DNA of 63,913 nucleotides, the filler included, from Neolecta irregularis DAH-3 (taxonomy: Eukaryota): the NCBI GenBank assembly GCA_001929475.1. It is 26 parts of 26 records of this genome, joined end to end, with 100 filler letters (N's around TTAATTAATTAA, not from the genome) between each part and the next. Parts side by side here need not be neighbours in the genome. Positions count along the whole stretch, not along the records: positions 62,841 to 63,913 come from LXFE01001657.1; 25 more parts are not named here. One strand, given 5' to 3'. The position numbers were made by a program, and so were the translations under genes. Below, piece by piece: positions 62,741 through 63,913 of this stretch. A model generated the notes under the pieces. That model ran no database searches and was not told the origin of the DNA. It saw only the letters and a program-made list of their open reading frames with translations. How positions within the stretch are numbered: position 1 is the first letter of the stretch; every line of letters starts with the position of its first letter.

Positions 62741-63913
62741 NNNNNNNNNNNNNNNNNNNNNNNNNNNNNNNNNNNNNNNNNNNNTTAATTAATTAANNNN
62801 NNNNNNNNNNNNNNNNNNNNNNNNNNNNNNNNNNNNNNNNGACATTATAATAAGTCTGAGACATATGCATAAGTCCTTCATATGAGAGAGATGACATGTC
62901 ATCCCTGACATGCAAGCATTGAGAGGGAAAGTATTGAAACTGAATTAAATTGAGTATCTGGATCCATATACATATTTATATCCATATCCATATTCATCCA
63001 CTTCAATGGTAAAGTCTTGACCTTTTTACTCTACTACAGCTGTGCATCAAGCAGCAGGAACAACAGAAATACCAGCTCTATACACAATACTGAACATCTG
63101 TGCTATGTAATCCAGTAGTTGTGACTTGTCTTAACAAGTAACAAGGAGTTTTCTGTTAAATTAACTAACCATTTGTGCTCACTTCCTAGGTGTTAGTCTT
63201 TTATCTTTACTAGGTAACTAACTGAGAAAATTAGTTCTTCACCTTATGCGAGGAAGGGTAAGGAATCAAGCTCAGTGTTTGAATGTGTTCAGACACTGTG
63301 GTATGATAGGGGAAGGAGGGTATATAAATTATGTATGATATATAGAGAAAGAGGAGGGATTAATGGAGTTACCAGAACTGCTGGACCTATACTAATAAGC
63401 AATGGCAAAATACTCAGTAGGGAGTGTTGACAATAAGGGAAGTACTTTGGAAGGATTCTGAGTATTTCCCAGAATCACTCCAACCTTAAGAAAGATTCTA
63501 AGTTCAATAAACAGAAGCAATAGGACAATAACTCTGGATACAATAACAATTTATATGGACAATAATACAGTGAAAAGATCAGTCTCAAGGAGCTATATCT
63601 GGACGTTGTAGGCTAGATAACTCAGATGCGATACAACGACTAACCGAGTTATGCGAAGTTACCGAAACTTACTAAACTCAGTATAATAGGGACAGTCCCA
63701 ATAAACTTCAGATAAACTTGATACGACGGTCGATTCCTGATACTAATGCCACAAGTAAGATTTAGGTCCTTCTTTTCTTAACTAAGAAAAACTGACAAAA
63801 GTTGAACAAGAAGTCGATTCTGACTGTGTGGCAGTGATTCATTATATACTGTTAGATCCTCATCAGAAGATAATTCCTGGGACTCTGAAGACTTCAGCCT
63901 CAGTACCACCAGT

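Noticed and set aside
2421-62840. Regularly recurring TTAATTAATTAA palindrome (CRISPR- or recombination-site-like)
   Set aside because: It is always centred in an N run of 100 nt total: an assembly linker with stops in all six frames.
63191-63753. Two TGT...ACA-bounded segments as LTRs
   Set aside because: No TSD, PBS/PPT or second copy in the window, although the CpG-poor composition is TE-like.
1-63913. Co-location of transporter, deacetylase, GT25, kinase and secreted proteins as a gene cluster
   Set aside because: They lie on different contigs joined artificially, so no synteny can be inferred.

Overview
Eukaryotic (fungal) DNA. The gene set, very short introns and compact organisation suggest an early-diverging ascomycete (Taphrinomycotina, Neolecta-like); this is inference only. 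The window is not a real locus: it is about 26 short contigs joined by 25 artificial 100-nt N linkers that contain TTAATTAATTAA, so adjacency across linkers is meaningless. Host genes, mostly multi-exon and often truncated, include a class I cAMP phosphodiesterase, SPT7, importin beta-3 (Kap121/Sal3), NUP133, an ABCB/MDR transporter, RPL5, an AKTIP-like UEV, YTP1, a SET3-like PHD protein, a CE4 deacetylase, a GT25 fragment and a divergent kinase. There are also two orphan secreted-protein families. Mobile DNA includes several Ty3/gypsy families, solo LTRs with TSDs, an L1-like LINE, hAT remnants and fold-back repeats. The most notable signals are four. (1) Intact retrotransposon ORFs contain no CpG at all while host genes are CpG-rich, and dead copies carry many C->T nonsense codons, which points to a repeat-directed cytosine modification/mutation system that active elements evade. 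(2) Introns of 31-42 nt have almost unconstrained 5' splice sites, including recurrent GCAT donors. (3) Decayed fragments of housekeeping genes (ERCC1, NOP4, TOR, Mer3) are scattered through the window; ERCC1 and NOP4 retain introns, and TOR and Mer3 are fused in a mosaic. (4) A chromodomain gypsy element has a tRNA-Gln primer-binding site.
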